NCBI GenBank assembly: GCA_033764955.1
Contig: JANRIL010000024.1
Span: forward strand, 1-64,000
Source of the DNA: Cyanobacteriota bacterium
GTDB lineage: Bacteria > Cyanobacteriota > Cyanobacteriia > Thermostichales > Thermostichaceae
Direction of reading: 5' to 3'
Length of the DNA stretch: 64,000 nt
Under the pieces are notes generated by a model. That model was not told where the DNA came from and ran no database searches. It saw nothing but the letters and a program-made list of their open reading frames with translations. Below are positions 62,322 through 64,000 of this stretch, one piece after another; the first letter of the stretch is position 1; the number at the start of each line of letters is the position of its first letter. The position numbers were made by a program, and so were the translations under genes.

Positions 62322-62897
62322 ATGTCCAGACCGCATTCCTCTACTCACCCCACATCCCGTAGCCATCTTGGGCGACAGATTGTTATGGCGTTATGGGTTA
62401 TTAACCTCGGCACATTGGCGGCGGGGATCCTACCCCTCAAGGCGGCGGCACAGTCTGGCTTTGTCATTACGGGTAGTGAGGATGTGCCGGTTCTGTCCTA
62501 CAAACTCGACTTTCGAGGCGTTCGAGATAAGATAGACCGCTATCGACTGGATATCCCCCCACAGGATGTGGCCGTGGCGGAGGTGCAGATCAGTGGTCCC
62601 CCCAACTTTGATGGCAAAATTGATCCCGAAGAGGTGCGCTTAGAGGTGGAAGGCCAATCCGTTCCCCTTTCGGAGGTTTACTGGAACGAGGAATTTCGTT
62701 CGCTAGAGGTGATCACCGAGGAGCCAGTAGCAGCAGGCCAAAGCATGAGATTAATCCTTTCCCAGGTACGCAATCCCTCAAAAATAGGAGAGTATCGGTT
62801 TGTGGGGCGGCTGCTAGGCACGGAGGCTAATCCCCTATTTCGCACCATTGGCAACTGGATCATTTCTATCGATCAGTTTGAACGAACAGGTTTTTAA
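62322..62897 (+). CDS. Exported DUF2808-like protein
   Basis: Signal peptide, DRYRL, PVAAG..LILSQVRNP..GEYRF, IGNW. Confidence 0.65.
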   Translation: MSRPHSSTHPTSRSHLGRQIVMALWVINLGTLAAGILPLKAAAQSGFVITGSEDVPVLSYKLDFRGVRDKIDRYRLDIPPQDVAVAEVQISGPPNFDGKIDPEEVRLEVEGQSVPLSEVYWNEEFRSLEVITEEPVAAGQSMRLILSQVRNPSKIGEYRFVGRLLGTEANPLFRTIGNWIISIDQFERTGF

Positions 62898-62944
62898 CCC
62901 TTTCCGTCTGGTGCCCGATCCGCTTTCTCTAGAGGATTTTTCGT

Positions 62945-63802
62945 TTGTTCCATATCATTTGGCGGGGGGTTGCCGCTACCGATCTAGGGATCCCGAATGC
63001 TTGGCAAGCCTTAATTTTAGGGTTGGTGCAAGGGCTAACGGAGTTTTTGCCGATCAGCAGTACGGCGCATCTGCGGATTGTGCCGGCGGTACTGGGTTGG
63101 GCGGATCCGGGAGCTTCTTTTTCGGCGGTGATCCAACTGGGTAGTTTGCTGGCGGTACTGGTCTATTTTTGGACGGATCTGACTCATTTGGGGCAACAAT
63201 CCTGGCAGGCCATCCGCCAACGGGACTATCAAAATGATGCCTTGCGGGTGGTGTTGGGCATTGGGGTGGGAACGTTACCAATTGTGGTGGCGGGGTTAAC
63301 CATCAAGCTGATTTGGGGATCCCCTCCCCGCCAACTGACGGTGATTGCTCTGGCCTCGATTGGCTTAGCCCTGCTGCTGGCGGTGGCCGAACGCTATGGC
63401 AAACGGCAACGGGACTGGCAGGATCTGGGCTTTTGGGATGGCATTTGGGTAGGACTCGCTGAAGCCCTCGCCTTGATTCCAGGGGTTTCGCGCTCAGGAG
63501 CCACCTTGACAGCAGGGCTGTTTTGCCACCTAAAGCGGGAGACGGCGGCTCGTTACGCTTTTTTGTTAGGGATCCCGGCCTTAGCCCTGGCTGGGATTGT
63601 CGAGTTGGTTTCCGATTGGCAATGGACGGCTCTGGGATCCCAACTTTTGGGTACGCTCTCCGCTTTTGTCTTTTCCTATCTCTCCATTGATTTTCTGTTG
63701 AAATTTCTCCAGCGCAGCAGCACTTATATCTTCATTATTTATCGGGTGCTCTTGGGTTTAGCCATTTTGTTGGGGCTAGCAACCGGATTATTAAATCCTT
63801 GA
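62945..63802 (+). CDS. uppP: Undecaprenyl-diphosphate phosphatase
   Basis: GLVQGLTEFLPISSTAH, IQLG, PGVSRSGAT; start uncertain. Confidence 0.95.
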   Translation: MFHIIWRGVAATDLGIPNAWQALILGLVQGLTEFLPISSTAHLRIVPAVLGWADPGASFSAVIQLGSLLAVLVYFWTDLTHLGQQSWQAIRQRDYQNDALRVVLGIGVGTLPIVVAGLTIKLIWGSPPRQLTVIALASIGLALLLAVAERYGKRQRDWQDLGFWDGIWVGLAEALALIPGVSRSGATLTAGLFCHLKRETAARYAFLLGIPALALAGIVELVSDWQWTALGSQLLGTLSAFVFSYLSIDFLLKFLQRSSTYIFIIYRVLLGLAILLGLATGLLNP

Positions 63803-64000
63803 GTTGGCAACGCTAGAGCCAGGATCCTCCCCTCAAGGCACAGCCTGAGAACCCGCCATCCCTCAGGTTGGGGGAGAAAGTCGAGGGGCTAAGTTTATCC
63901 GAAACTCGCCGCTACTCTGGGATCCCGTCAACAGAAAAATTTCACCGATGGCGAGTGGTGAAGAGGGATCCACAACGGGGGATGATAAAGAAGTCTCAGC

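Overview
Cyanobacterial DNA in two parts. From about 14.6 kb to the end it is host backbone, densely marked by the palindrome GGGATCCC, the HIP variant known from the Thermostichus/Yellowstone-Synechococcus lineage (taxonomy is inferred). It carries minCDE, pilT, three amt genes with glnB under NtcA boxes, a ugp-like ABC transporter, tRNA-Ser(CGA), a cyanobacteriochrome kinase, a Hik34-like plus Hik2-like kinase pair and uppP. Bases 1 to ~14570 look like a foreign island marked instead by canonical HIP1 (GCGATCGC). It holds a truncated tyrosine recombinase, an IS5 remnant and a co-oriented stress cluster (hsp20, dnaK, YflT-ChaB, BON, TMEM175, yfdX, cbpA, cbpM, clpB, truncated hdeD) that parallels the proteobacterial locus of heat resistance (tLST). 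An AvaI/BsoBI-type restriction-modification pair bracketed by integron attC-like sites ends the island. Repeated ChaB gene tails joined at HIP1-like sites suggest stepwise gene capture. A second attC-like site follows a decaying toxin-antitoxin pair near 57.1-57.7 kb. All calls are by eye; no searches were run.
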